From a virus, in the IMG/VR virus record IMGVR_UViG_2837383163_000007, positions 5,990 through 69,989 of that record: a DNA stretch of 64,000 nt. One strand, 5' to 3'. The position numbers and the translations under genes are program-made. Positions 36,888 to 47,861 of the stretch are shown here, piece by piece; within the stretch, counting starts at the first letter, position 1; every line of letters starts with the position of its first letter. Under the pieces are notes generated by a model. The model was not told the DNA's origin. It saw only the letters and a list, made by a program, of their open reading frames with translations, and did no database searches.

Positions 36888-38933
36888 TTAGTTAATTACA
36901 GTTCCATCGGGTCTTTTCTTTTTTGGTAAATTATATTTAGATATAAATTCCTTTGGAACATTCATTCTGTTATATTTTAATAGTACATTTAAATATCTGT
37001 TTGAATCAATATCTCTTAGGGCATTCTTGGCATTGGTTAAGTAATCTGATATAGTTAATCCATCTTCTTTTTCTGTTTTTTTATTGGATAATGTTATCTT
37101 TAATTTATTATCTCTAACCATGTGTTTATATTCATTTAAAAATGTAAATTCCTCACTGTCTGTTTCTCTATCATATAAAACAACTAAATCACCAAGAGAT
37201 AAATCACCGTTCCAACTTACCCCATACGGTGTTTTTATTCTATCTAAAAAATTTGCAACATCAATATTCCATTTTCTTGTAGGGTAACTTTTGTCTAATA
37301 ACTTCTTTTTTGATAATACAATTAAATCTTCGACATACTCAGTTAAAAAAGAATCATTTTTATATGTTTCTGTATAGATATATTCCTTTAATTCATCAAG
37401 TAGGGCAGTAGTGAATATGAGTTTTCCATCATCATCTGTAGCTGTTGGTTTTTTACATAATTCTACGATATTATCTCTTGATTTGGTCAGATTTCTTATA
37501 TCTTCTTCAAGTTTTTCGATAGCACTTTTTATTCTATCTCTTTCATCTCTCTGTTTTGTTATCTCTTTTGCTAGTTTTCCGATAAGTTCCTTATCCTCTT
37601 TTGGGGGTACGTTATATATTTCCAATTTATCATTTAGCATATACAACGTTTTTTCTGCATGAATAAAATCTTTACCCAGTATATTTTTCTGATTTTCACG
37701 ATTAACAATTTCATCTGCATATAGTTTCCATGTAGGTTCTCTTTTTTCTACCATTTTATAATATTTAGTTAGAGCGTTCTTTAAATCTAAACTCATCTCA
37801 TTTATTTCCATAAAATAAGAAAAATTTTCTATATATTTTTCACCAGTACAAGTAGCACTAATTATATCCATATTTTCGTTGCCTTCAATTACCATTCTAG
37901 TAACCAATTTATCCGTATTGTATTCTTTTTCAAGAGATTTGATATAATTATCCTTAGATAAATACAATCCTATGTGGTTTTCTAGTTCAATCTCATCATA
38001 TAAAATTACAATTTTATTTATAGTGTCATAATCTATACAGCAATCAAAAGAAGAACATACATCTTTTTCAAGAAAATCTAACCATTTTTTGTTGACACTT
38101 TCTATATGTCTAATTTTTGGTGTACCTTTTAATTCCTCTAAAGCCTTATCTATATCAAAACTAGGGGAGTTTGATTCTTCTATTTTTTTTATTAGCCCCT
38201 CAATCTCTTTTTTCTTTTCAGCTATTCTTTCTTTAATTAATTCAAACCCATCTTCTCTAAGTTGTTTTGCTTTCTTTTCTATATCCTTACCTATAGCCTC
38301 AGACAGCTCTTTTTTATCTTTTTCTATAAGTTCTTTTCTTTTCATTATTTCATCAAGAGAAGTCTTGTTTTTATCTTGTATGTCTTTAATATTTTTCATA
38401 CTGATTAAGATTTTTTTATATTTATTTATATAAGGTTCTACAGGGAATTCATATCTTATAAAATCGGTAGCCTGTATTTTCCATCCAGTTTCAGAATATA
38501 GGTAGTCAGAAAGAACTATATTATCTTTATCATCTATCTTATCAATTAAGGTATAAGATGTATCCTCAAGCGAAATATCTATCTCTTTAAGTCTAATTTC
38601 TTTTGATTTTGCCTTTACTTCTATATAATCATCATTTGTTATTTCAACACTCTTGATTATAAATATATCCTTACCGTTTAATTCAAGTTGTCTTTCATTC
38701 TTTAAAGCAGAATAAAGAGGGTATGTTTTTTGGCTAAAGTCTAATAAATCCATATAATACTTAGGAACTTTTAAACTTATTGTGTGTGATGAATTTATCT
38801 TTTTAGAAATTTCCGTAATAGCATTTTGTGGTATTTGTCCTAAGGGTTTACCACTTATAGTTTTTAATATCAATTCATACTCAGTATTTTTTGAATCTAG
38901 ATGTATTTTTCTATCTATTATTTTTCTCACCAC
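36888..38933 (-). CDS. Tail spike/baseplate hub (Tal-like) protein
   Basis: Follows the tape measure; VTRM...G, TG..YIENFSYF, GD.V motifs of SPbeta YomG-like proteins. Confidence 0.72.
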   Translation of the reverse strand: MVRKIIDRKIHLDSKNTEYELILKTISGKPLGQIPQNAITEISKKINSSHTISLKVPKYYMDLLDFSQKTYPLYSALKNERQLELNGKDIFIIKSVEITNDDYIEVKAKSKEIRLKEIDISLEDTSYTLIDKIDDKDNIVLSDYLYSETGWKIQATDFIRYEFPVEPYINKYKKILISMKNIKDIQDKNKTSLDEIMKRKELIEKDKKELSEAIGKDIEKKAKQLREDGFELIKERIAEKKKEIEGLIKKIEESNSPSFDIDKALEELKGTPKIRHIESVNKKWLDFLEKDVCSSFDCCIDYDTINKIVILYDEIELENHIGLYLSKDNYIKSLEKEYNTDKLVTRMVIEGNENMDIISATCTGEKYIENFSYFMEINEMSLDLKNALTKYYKMVEKREPTWKLYADEIVNRENQKNILGKDFIHAEKTLYMLNDKLEIYNVPPKEDKELIGKLAKEITKQRDERDRIKSAIEKLEEDIRNLTKSRDNIVELCKKPTATDDDGKLIFTTALLDELKEYIYTETYKNDSFLTEYVEDLIVLSKKKLLDKSYPTRKWNIDVANFLDRIKTPYGVSWNGDLSLGDLVVLYDRETDSEEFTFLNEYKHMVRDNKLKITLSNKKTEKEDGLTISDYLTNAKNALRDIDSNRYLNVLLKYNRMNVPKEFISKYNLPKKKRPDGTVIN

Positions 38934-38961
38934 CTAAATAATAATGTTAGGTAGGGAATAC

Positions 38962-41900
38962 CTACCCAACATTACCTACTATATTTTTATTATTCTTCCT
39001 TATTTCTTCTTGAACAATCTTTAACATTTCACTAAGATATGCTTCACTTAGATTCCCGTTTATAGTTACAAGAGAACCGATATTCTGAGTAATGTTATTT
39101 TTGTCTTTGCTTTTTGCCAATTCTCTAAATTTTTCATTTTGTATAAATCCTGTATTTAAGTCAGTAGGTATACCTATGGCACTTAATATATTAGAATAGT
39201 TAACTGAAACATTTTTGGCACTAGCTAATTTTGCTAACATTTCAGCTTTTTCAAAAGCACCCATAACACCCAAACCACCCTCGTGTTTATTCATGTAATC
39301 TATAAGTGCTTTCTTAAGGTCAATTATATTCCCATTAACCTCTATAGTACCTCTTGCTATTGCTTCTAAGGCTTTTCTTCTTAAATCGTTCTCATTAGTA
39401 GATTTTTCATCTTCATCTTTTTGCTGTTTAACTCTATCATCAAGCCTTTTTGATTCATCATCATAACCCTTAAGAACTATATCATCTGTATGTCTTTCAA
39501 CTGTCTTATTAAAATCTTTTTGCTTTCTATCGTATTCTTCCTGTAATTTTTGGAACTTTTTCTGACCACTTTGAGATGTATCTCTTGAATATATATTAAG
39601 TTTCTTTCTTAGTTTTTCAAGTTCTTTCATCTTTTCAGCAATATCATCTTGATAATCAGCTTCTTTTCTAGCAAGAGTATATTCTTCTTTTCTCTTGTCT
39701 ATAAGTTTCTTTCTTGCATCAACCTCTTTTTCAATATCTTTTATTCTATCTTCTGTAGATTTTTTCAACATAGATATTATCTTATCCTCTATATTTTTAG
39801 TGTCCTCTAGTAACTGCTTATTAGCATCTTTGATTTTTGAGTTATGCTCTTCCCATTCTTTTGTTGCGTTTGGCAACTTATTTTTGATTATATCAAAATA
39901 ATTGTTTGCAAGTCCTTTGATTTCATTATATAGAGTTGATTGGTCTTTAAGCTGATTTATTCTTTCTTGGTAGTTTGTTATTTCACCATCAGAACTAAAA
40001 GTAAATCCATAATCTTTTAATTTAGACTGAAGATTACCTTGAAGATTTTTTAATGTAGATATATTAGACTCAAGGGCATTTTTCATATTTTCATATTCAG
40101 CAACTTCTTGTTTGAGAATGGATAATCTATCAGTGTTAAATGCATATTTTAGCCTTATTCCCAATAAGTTTAATTTATCATTTATACCTTTTATTCTATT
40201 ATCCATTAATTTTGAAACAGCATCAAAATTTTCGTTCCATGCCTCTATTCTAAGTTTATGCCTCTCATCATTATTGTTTTCTATTTTATACTTATATTCA
40301 GACTTTTTATAATCTATATCAGATAATTCATCACTATTTTTAGTGTATCTTTCTATCATTCTTATTTTATCTTCATATGCTTTTTTTTCATCTTCAAGTT
40401 TCTTTTTATTCTTATCTTTAGATTTTTCTAACTTTTTATTTATTCCTTCAATTTTTTTCTTCCATTCTAATTCTTTTTGAAGTTTATTTTGAATAGTACC
40501 ATCATGAGCGAAAGAGACTTTATCTTTTCTTAGAGTATTTCTTAAATTACCCCTTTCTTGAATAAGTGCTTTTTCTTTTGCTTCAGCACGTCTTATACCT
40601 TCTCTTAACTGGTCGCTTTGAAGTTTTAAGAATGCTTCTTTTGTTGCCCCTCTTGCTCTTGATAAATGTAAATCTATCTTTTTTACAGCTTGGTCTACTC
40701 TTGTTAATGCTCTATCAAAAGAATATAGAATATCAGCATTTTCTTTAAAAGCATCATTTAGCTCTTTGACTGAAAATGTAAGTTTGTGAATAGTAGAAAT
40801 ACCTCTATAGGCATAACCCTCTAATTCTCTAATCTTAAATGATTCTGCGTCCCCTATGTAATCAGCTATAATTTTCTTCTTTGGTGAACTACCTGCTGCC
40901 ATTGGGGAAGCGAAAGATGAAACAGAACTTACCACTCCACCAACACTTGTAGTTCCAGCTACAGCTGGAGTAGATGTCATAAGAGGATTTAATTGTGTAT
41001 TTCTAGGTGCAGGTAAAGATAAACCAAGAATATTATTTGAAGACCTATTATATTTAGAGTTCCAATCCAAATATGTACCACTAATACGATTCCCTTTTTT
41101 TGGTTTTAAGCCACTAAGCATAGATGATATAGTTTTAACCATAACATTTTTTACAACCGAAACAGAAGCAGTCCTTGCCCCACCAAACGAATTTAAAGTA
41201 GCTAATGCACTTCTGATAACACCGCTTGCATAGTCTAACGCTCTTAACGTAACATTTTTACTACCAGGTATACTTCTTACAGCACTAGCTGCTAACCTTG
41301 CTATAGCAGATATACCATCGTTACCTTTAAGGTTTGTATTTTTAGATGGAGGAATACCTTGAATAGCACCTTTAACCCTCTGTATGACGGATAACGCATT
41401 TCCTAAAGATGCTTTTATATCAATTTTTACATTTTTCATTTTTGGAAGTTCTGGCAGTTTAGGTGTATTAAACTTGAATTTTGCACCGATATCCATACTA
41501 GGCAAACTAGTATTAAAAAAAGTACTCATAGGATTATTTATTGGTTTGAGGTGCATAGGGATTTCTATAGGAGAACCAGCAGATAAACCATCAATCTTTG
41601 ATTTTGCTCCATCAGTATTTGCTTGTACATCTTTTTTAATAGGCTTGCCGTCACCCAGTTTGTTGACATCATTTTTTGCTTTATTTGTGTTAGCTGAAAC
41701 ATTAACATTTACCTTTTTATCGGGTAAAGAATCAATATCCTCTTTTGCAAGTGTTATCTTCCCATTGTCATAATCTACTGATATGACACTTCTTATTTCT
41801 GGGGGTAAAGCATTAACTAAGTCTTGTATAGTTTGTATTTGTCCATTTTTAAAAGCATCTGTATTAGCTATCGCATTTATTATAATATTCTTAGTGGTTT

Positions 41901-44900
41901 CATCTGGAATAGAGGCATTTAACATATTTAGTGTGTTTATTACCTCAGCACCATGTTCACCACCAACAGCATTAAACACAAGACTTTTAGTAGTATTATC
42001 GGGAATACTATTAATCATACCTTCTATTTCTTTTAAACCAGAAACCCCTTCTTGATTTAAGATGAAATCTATAGTTTTGGTAATCTTATTACTATCCATG
42101 CCTAAGTCTTTACCTGTATTGTAAAGTTTTTCAGCTGTACTCATACCTTCTATATCAAGAGGGTGTTTATTTATAACACCTTGCAATCCGGAATTTAATG
42201 AGCCAAATTTACGCATCCAAGCATCCCAATCAGTATTACTTTGAATACTGTTCGCAAAGCTTTTTGCATTATCACTAAGTTTGCTGAAATTATCGGATAT
42301 CTCTTTGGCTACAGGATTGATTTTCGACATCCTTGAAACAATTTCATCAGAACCATTTTCGAGAGCATCCCTCAAGCCTGAAGATGATTTAGAATATTTT
42401 TCCCAAAAATCATTTTTATCTTTAGATATCTTCCAATAATCTGCTGACGTTTTTCTAAAATCATTGCTTTGTTCACCATTTAACTTCATTTCCTTAATTT
42501 GATTTTCCATCTCATTAAGCTGTCTATCTGTTAAATCAGAATCAGCAAGTTTCATTTTAACCTCTATTGGAATTTCTATTTTTTTATCTTTATAGAAGTT
42601 ATCCACATTTTCAAGATGTGCTTGTAATTTGTCTATATTTTTAAAATCTTCAATTGATTTAGCTGCTGATTTTGTTTTATCACCCCATAATGCCCAAGCC
42701 TCAGCATTAGACATTATTTCTCCAGTAGGTAGAGTAATATCTTCCCCACCTTTTTTAAGACTTCTTAAACCATCTTCAAAATTTTTAAGGTTTTTCTGTG
42801 CATTGGCACTAGAAAAATCAAAGTTCTCCAATGAATTAAGATATTTAAACATACCACTTTGTGCAGCTTGTCCAGCATTTTGGTTTTCATAAAGACCCTT
42901 AGCTATATTTTTTATATTATTAGGTAGAGCCTCATTATTTGCCATCTGTTCCCAATTAGATAGAACATCTCCTCTTGATTGTGCCTTCATTATGCCATCA
43001 ATAGATTCTTTAATACCTCTATATCTTTGCTGTATTTTATCAGCATAAACACGTTGAGAATCCGTTCCATATTCAATATCAGATGGTTTAGCACCATGCT
43101 TACGCATAAAATCTATTTCTCTTTTTTCTTCTAAAGACTGATAGCCTCTATTAACATCTCTTAATTTATCTGCCCATGCTTTTGCTGAGCCACCACTAGC
43201 TTTAGAGAGTTTATTAGCTATCTCATCAATACCCTTAGAATAAGATTTATAGTCTTTATCAAGTTTGTATACGTCATTAAGCTTTTGAAGTTCTCTACTA
43301 AAAGCGCTTATTTTATCAGGACTTAACTTGTTCCCAACTCTTATTAAATCATTGATATCACCATTTAAATTTTTAGATAAGCCCCATTGCATCATAGAAC
43401 CTAATTCAGATATTGCTTCTTTATTTTGGTCTTTTAACTTACTAAACCCTCTTTTATTAGCTAATTCAGTTAGGGCAGTTGATGTAGCCTGTGCATTAGC
43501 TGAGTCGAACTTAGATACAAGTCCTTGCCACTTTTGAAATTTGTCATTTACGCTATCTTCATATGATTGATATGCTTGATTGAACTTTCTTTTTCCTTCA
43601 GCGAAGCTTTTAGCACTCTTGAAATGCTCACCAAAAATTTCAGATAATTTAGAATTATAATTTTTTGATTTGCCGGTTCTAGAATCTATGATTGACCTAT
43701 ATTCAAGTCCTTTACTTAAATCCTTTATCTGTTTTAAAACACCACCTTGAACACCTACTTTTTCACCTTGTGTCATAAGAGTGGCATTTTTAGCTTGTAT
43801 AGTTCTGTTATTGGCTCTTAGTAACTCATCTTGTCTTTTCTTTGCTATTTCTAATCTTTTTCCTAGTTTATCAGCACTAGTTGTTAAAGACAATAGAGGA
43901 TTGCCGTTTTTATCATATCCAGATACTAAATTAGGGAATATTTCTGCTAGTTTTTGAGCCATCTGATTAACTCTATTCATATCAGCAATTTGGTCATCAG
44001 TCATGCTTTTAGTATCCATTTTTGAATATTGTCTTTGTTTCTGTGCTATCGTATCTATTTCTTTTGCATTTTGTTTTACAAAGGCAGTGTTCTCAGATAT
44101 AGACTTGCTCTGCTGTAGTAATCCATCTCTGTGTTCTAATGCCTTATTTTTTGCATTCTCTACGCCATGAGCAAAATTATCCCATAATTTAGCACCGTAT
44201 TCAATGCTCTTACTTAAAACTAGGGTAGTAGCACCTACAGCAGCACTAGATAACAGGGTAGTACCAATAGCCCCCATAAAGGATTTCCCTAATTCTTTAA
44301 AAGCCAAACCAGTTGTTTTGATTTTACTACTATTTTTCTCTAAATTTTTACTTGCATTACCTGTGCTTTTCTCAACATCAAGCATAATGCCATGTGCTTT
44401 TTTATGACTTCTTGTACCTTCCTCAACAGAACTAGAATACTTCTTTTGTTCAATCTGTCCCTCTTTAAGTTTCTCATTTAACTTACCATGTTTTTTACTA
44501 GATAAATCAATAATAGAAGCATTATCAAAATCTAATTTATTTTTTTTCTCTGTTGTTTCCCTTTTTTTAGTAGTATCTTTTTTTGTGCTAGAAGATATTT
44601 TCTTTTTATCTTTTGTATAATTGGACATCCTTTCCCAAATGGGTTGGTTTTTTGTTTTTGAATCCCCATAAAGAAGTGTTTCGTAATCTTTTATAGGTTC
44701 TTTTAAAGCACCAAATACACCTTTTAAGCCAGCCATACCAGCCATTAAAACGGGTAGGGTAGTGTTAGTTTTATCTGCCCATTTAATTACTTTTTCTAGC
44801 CCCTCACCAAACTTAATAAGCCCATTAAGCCCACTCTTTGCCATATCGGTGCTAAACAAAGATGTTGCGACAGATGTCATGGTTTCTTTTAATTTATTAG

Positions 44901-46974
44901 CCTTGCCTGCTATAGAGTCCACATATTTAGCATTTTCTTTCTCTGCTGAGCCAAAATCATCACCCTGTGCGAACTCTTTTCTTATTTTTTTGAATTGTTC
45001 ATAATTTCCCATCAAGGCTTGGAATACATTTGCTCTATGTTTACCAGCGATGGCTTCAGACAATCCGGCTCTTTGGTCATCATTTAATCTATTCCACTTA
45101 GGGTGTAACTCGTCAAGCAATTGAACCATGTTTTTAAGCTGTCCCTTTGCCTTGTCCTTATACACGTTTATACCTGCAATTTCACTTAAGGCTTTTGCTG
45201 TTTTATTAAGCTGTAATTTTCCATCTTTAGCACTTGCAGCCATACCGGCAAAGTTAATAGCTATAGACTTTAAACCATTACCAACCTTTTTAGGATTTTG
45301 TAGTGGTTCATTTGCTGCCGTAATTAGACCCATAGAGTCAGCATAAGAAATACCATAATTAGATAAAACAGAACCGCCATTTTGTATTGCTTCAGCAACA
45401 CCTGCCGAAGATATAGCGTAATTATTTCCAAGATAATTTATCTTATTCAAAGCATCGTCCAACTGGGTTGTTTCTTTAACTATGCCCTTAATGCCCCTTT
45501 TTATCTTTGCAAGAGGAGTGATACCAAAAGCCTTAACTAAAGTATTTACTGCTTTAGTTGCTTCATCTTTATTCATATCACCAACATTAGCTAATATCAT
45601 AGATTTTCTCGCCACTGCCATTGATGATTTCATACTACCCATACCTGATTGGATAGATGTAGCTAATGAATTTTGTATGTCTGCTGAGCTCATACCGACT
45701 TGTTTACCAGTATTAATAGCCCAATCTTGTATTCCTTTTATTTGTTTCTTGGTTCTAACATCAGCAGCCTTAGCTACCTTTTTAACATTTGTCATAGACG
45801 CATCTAGACCTTTATAGGTTTCGACCATAGTACCTATTTGTCTTCTTAATGCAGCCCCTGCCAAATATCCTACAGATGTTCCAAGGAATGAACTTCTAAA
45901 ATCATTCCTAAACCTATCCATAGAGCTTCTATATCTACTAGCAACGGTCATTTGGGTATCTAATGCTTTTAGCCTACCCATATAATTACCTGAGCCAATG
46001 TTATCAGCCTTAGATAGGTCAACCAATGCTTTTCTATATTTATTTATTTCTTTTGGTTTTAAATTATTCTCAAAACTAGATAATCTCCTAGTTAAATTAT
46101 CTAGTTTTTTTAAGCCCTTTGTTTGAACTTCTGTTTTTCCTAATTCAGCATTAAATTCTTTTAGAGTGTTTGTCGTACCACTAACGGTAGTTGGCTTAAT
46201 ACTATCAAATTTATTAGACAAGTTTCTTGATATTTTTTTTGCCCTATCTTGTGTAATAATATTGGAAAACCCATCTAAATTATCTTTTGCTTTGAAATAT
46301 TTAGAGCCTACTTTTCTTTCTATCTTGTCAAGTTTTCCTATGTTTTTAACATAGTTTTGTAGAGACGCTGAACGTCTTTCTATGTTTCTTAAATTATCAC
46401 TTGACATTGTATTTTTTCTGATGCTTTTTAAAATAGAATCACTTTGATTTTGTGCTGTATTTTTAAAACTTTTTGCTAAAGGATTCTCTATAGAATTAAT
46501 AGTATTCTTTATTTTTTGAACATCCTTTTCAGCTTGAGCAAAACCTTTAGCTAACTCTTTTGTATTCCTGTCAAATTTAAACCCACTATTGATACCTTTA
46601 ACATAATCTGCATAACTTTTACCAAGCCTAGATAGTTTTTTAGATTCATTAGCTATTTCTTTTTCAGTCTGTTTTATTTTATCTGAAGCTGTCTTTTTAG
46701 CTGAATCCGAAACTGCTCTTTGGTATTCTGCTTCCTGTTTTAGCCTTTTTCTATGTAGGTTATCAAGTGTTTTAGTTTTAGATTTTTCAAGATTACCTAA
46801 AGAATTTTTTTCGTATTTTTCTCTTTCTTTGACTTGATTTTGAATATTTTTGTTTATATTACCTGTATCAAGTTCTAATTTTTTCTTAATATTGCCTTTT
46901 TCTAATTCTTTGAGTTTTGCTTTTGCTTCATCAGTACTCAAATCTAAATTAGAGGCTATTTTAAACTCTGACAA
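38962..46974 (-). CDS. Tail tape measure protein (TP901-type core)
   Basis: 2670 aa, helical; GNNYAIS, VGNGLKSI, AIAGK motifs. Confidence 0.93.
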   Translation of the reverse strand: MSEFKIASNLDLSTDEAKAKLKELEKGNIKKKLELDTGNINKNIQNQVKEREKYEKNSLGNLEKSKTKTLDNLHRKRLKQEAEYQRAVSDSAKKTASDKIKQTEKEIANESKKLSRLGKSYADYVKGINSGFKFDRNTKELAKGFAQAEKDVQKIKNTINSIENPLAKSFKNTAQNQSDSILKSIRKNTMSSDNLRNIERRSASLQNYVKNIGKLDKIERKVGSKYFKAKDNLDGFSNIITQDRAKKISRNLSNKFDSIKPTTVSGTTNTLKEFNAELGKTEVQTKGLKKLDNLTRRLSSFENNLKPKEINKYRKALVDLSKADNIGSGNYMGRLKALDTQMTVASRYRSSMDRFRNDFRSSFLGTSVGYLAGAALRRQIGTMVETYKGLDASMTNVKKVAKAADVRTKKQIKGIQDWAINTGKQVGMSSADIQNSLATSIQSGMGSMKSSMAVARKSMILANVGDMNKDEATKAVNTLVKAFGITPLAKIKRGIKGIVKETTQLDDALNKINYLGNNYAISSAGVAEAIQNGGSVLSNYGISYADSMGLITAANEPLQNPKKVGNGLKSIAINFAGMAASAKDGKLQLNKTAKALSEIAGINVYKDKAKGQLKNMVQLLDELHPKWNRLNDDQRAGLSEAIAGKHRANVFQALMGNYEQFKKIRKEFAQGDDFGSAEKENAKYVDSIAGKANKLKETMTSVATSLFSTDMAKSGLNGLIKFGEGLEKVIKWADKTNTTLPVLMAGMAGLKGVFGALKEPIKDYETLLYGDSKTKNQPIWERMSNYTKDKKKISSSTKKDTTKKRETTEKKNKLDFDNASIIDLSSKKHGKLNEKLKEGQIEQKKYSSSVEEGTRSHKKAHGIMLDVEKSTGNASKNLEKNSSKIKTTGLAFKELGKSFMGAIGTTLLSSAAVGATTLVLSKSIEYGAKLWDNFAHGVENAKNKALEHRDGLLQQSKSISENTAFVKQNAKEIDTIAQKQRQYSKMDTKSMTDDQIADMNRVNQMAQKLAEIFPNLVSGYDKNGNPLLSLTTSADKLGKRLEIAKKRQDELLRANNRTIQAKNATLMTQGEKVGVQGGVLKQIKDLSKGLEYRSIIDSRTGKSKNYNSKLSEIFGEHFKSAKSFAEGKRKFNQAYQSYEDSVNDKFQKWQGLVSKFDSANAQATSTALTELANKRGFSKLKDQNKEAISELGSMMQWGLSKNLNGDINDLIRVGNKLSPDKISAFSRELQKLNDVYKLDKDYKSYSKGIDEIANKLSKASGGSAKAWADKLRDVNRGYQSLEEKREIDFMRKHGAKPSDIEYGTDSQRVYADKIQQRYRGIKESIDGIMKAQSRGDVLSNWEQMANNEALPNNIKNIAKGLYENQNAGQAAQSGMFKYLNSLENFDFSSANAQKNLKNFEDGLRSLKKGGEDITLPTGEIMSNAEAWALWGDKTKSAAKSIEDFKNIDKLQAHLENVDNFYKDKKIEIPIEVKMKLADSDLTDRQLNEMENQIKEMKLNGEQSNDFRKTSADYWKISKDKNDFWEKYSKSSSGLRDALENGSDEIVSRMSKINPVAKEISDNFSKLSDNAKSFANSIQSNTDWDAWMRKFGSLNSGLQGVINKHPLDIEGMSTAEKLYNTGKDLGMDSNKITKTIDFILNQEGVSGLKEIEGMINSIPDNTTKSLVFNAVGGEHGAEVINTLNMLNASIPDETTKNIIINAIANTDAFKNGQIQTIQDLVNALPPEIRSVISVDYDNGKITLAKEDIDSLPDKKVNVNVSANTNKAKNDVNKLGDGKPIKKDVQANTDGAKSKIDGLSAGSPIEIPMHLKPINNPMSTFFNTSLPSMDIGAKFKFNTPKLPELPKMKNVKIDIKASLGNALSVIQRVKGAIQGIPPSKNTNLKGNDGISAIARLAASAVRSIPGSKNVTLRALDYASGVIRSALATLNSFGGARTASVSVVKNVMVKTISSMLSGLKPKKGNRISGTYLDWNSKYNRSSNNILGLSLPAPRNTQLNPLMTSTPAVAGTTSVGGVVSSVSSFASPMAAGSSPKKKIIADYIGDAESFKIRELEGYAYRGISTIHKLTFSVKELNDAFKENADILYSFDRALTRVDQAVKKIDLHLSRARGATKEAFLKLQSDQLREGIRRAEAKEKALIQERGNLRNTLRKDKVSFAHDGTIQNKLQKELEWKKKIEGINKKLEKSKDKNKKKLEDEKKAYEDKIRMIERYTKNSDELSDIDYKKSEYKYKIENNNDERHKLRIEAWNENFDAVSKLMDNRIKGINDKLNLLGIRLKYAFNTDRLSILKQEVAEYENMKNALESNISTLKNLQGNLQSKLKDYGFTFSSDGEITNYQERINQLKDQSTLYNEIKGLANNYFDIIKNKLPNATKEWEEHNSKIKDANKQLLEDTKNIEDKIISMLKKSTEDRIKDIEKEVDARKKLIDKRKEEYTLARKEADYQDDIAEKMKELEKLRKKLNIYSRDTSQSGQKKFQKLQEEYDRKQKDFNKTVERHTDDIVLKGYDDESKRLDDRVKQQKDEDEKSTNENDLRRKALEAIARGTIEVNGNIIDLKKALIDYMNKHEGGLGVMGAFEKAEMLAKLASAKNVSVNYSNILSAIGIPTDLNTGFIQNEKFRELAKSKDKNNITQNIGSLVTINGNLSEAYLSEMLKIVQEEIRKNNKNIVGNVG

Positions 46975-46990
46975 ATAATCACCACCTTAT

Positions 46991-47410
46991 CTAACCAATA
47001 GGAACGCCCAAAGACCTCATTTTTTGTAAAAAAATATTTTTCCATCTCGAACCAGCCCAAGCATTCCAATCAGCCATGATGTGAGTCTTTTTCCTACCAC
47101 GTCTTGTACCAGACCATGTTCCACCTGTTTCAAGACCATGCATTGGAAAGAAGTGAGGACGACCATCTAAAAGGATTGATTGCCAAGAGCCTAGTGCAGC
47201 ACTTCCTGTATCTTCTATGCTTACCTCTATAAGAGAAGGTGAGCAAGCTGTAATTTCAACTGCATTAAATAGCTGTCCGGATATACCCCCAACCTGTGAC
47301 TTTAATATATTCTTACCTTCTTTTTTTGCCTCAGTTCCCATAAATTGAGCAGTCTGTGCCATACATTTTCTTATATATGCCTCACACTCTTCTATAGACC
47401 CAAATACCAT
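46991..47410 (-). CDS. Tail completion (HK97 gp10-like) protein
   Basis: SGQL..A, LE.G motifs; position in the tail block. Confidence 0.5.
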   Translation of the reverse strand: MVFGSIEECEAYIRKCMAQTAQFMGTEAKKEGKNILKSQVGGISGQLFNAVEITACSPSLIEVSIEDTGSAALGSWQSILLDGRPHFFPMHGLETGGTWSGTRRGRKKTHIMADWNAWAGSRWKNIFLQKMRSLGVPIG

Positions 47411-47417
47411 TTTGTAC

Positions 47418-47843
47418 CTACTCTTTCTTTTCTTCTGATTTTTCTAAATCATTAGCTAATCTATTTAGTTCTTTTTCTGCTTTATCTCTACTATCTTCTA
47501 AAATTCCATTTATATTTGCCAAAATACATATATTTAAACACTGATTAAATATTATTGTTAAATGGAATAGCACCTCTGATAAAACTATATCTTTTGTATC
47601 AAAGTTTATTTTGTCATCTACTTCTATATTAGTAAAATTATCAATTAAGATTTTATAAGCCACATCTTCGTTTTCTTCTAAATCTCCATTCCAAACAGAG
47701 TTAAAATAGTCCATGATGGGCTGCATATTTTCTGTGTTAGGATTTAAAACATATACATATTCTCCATTATCTGAATTAAAAACGGGGATTATCGCTCTAT
47801 ATTTTTCTATTTTATTTAAATTACTTAACTTAATTTTTTCCAT
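47418..47843 (-). CDS. Putative tail assembly chaperone
   Basis: Acidic 141-aa ORF upstream of the tape measure. Confidence 0.45.
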   Translation of the reverse strand: MEKIKLSNLNKIEKYRAIIPVFNSDNGEYVYVLNPNTENMQPIMDYFNSVWNGDLEENEDVAYKILIDNFTNIEVDDKINFDTKDIVLSEVLFHLTIIFNQCLNICILANINGILEDSRDKAEKELNRLANDLEKSEEKKE

Positions 47844-47861
47844 ATTTTTTTTCTCCTTGTA

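Noticed and set aside
39695..46354. Many + strand ORFs inside the tape measure gene (and similar antisense ORFs elsewhere)
   Set aside because: Shadow ORFs opposite strongly supported genes, with F/L/S-rich composition and no RBS
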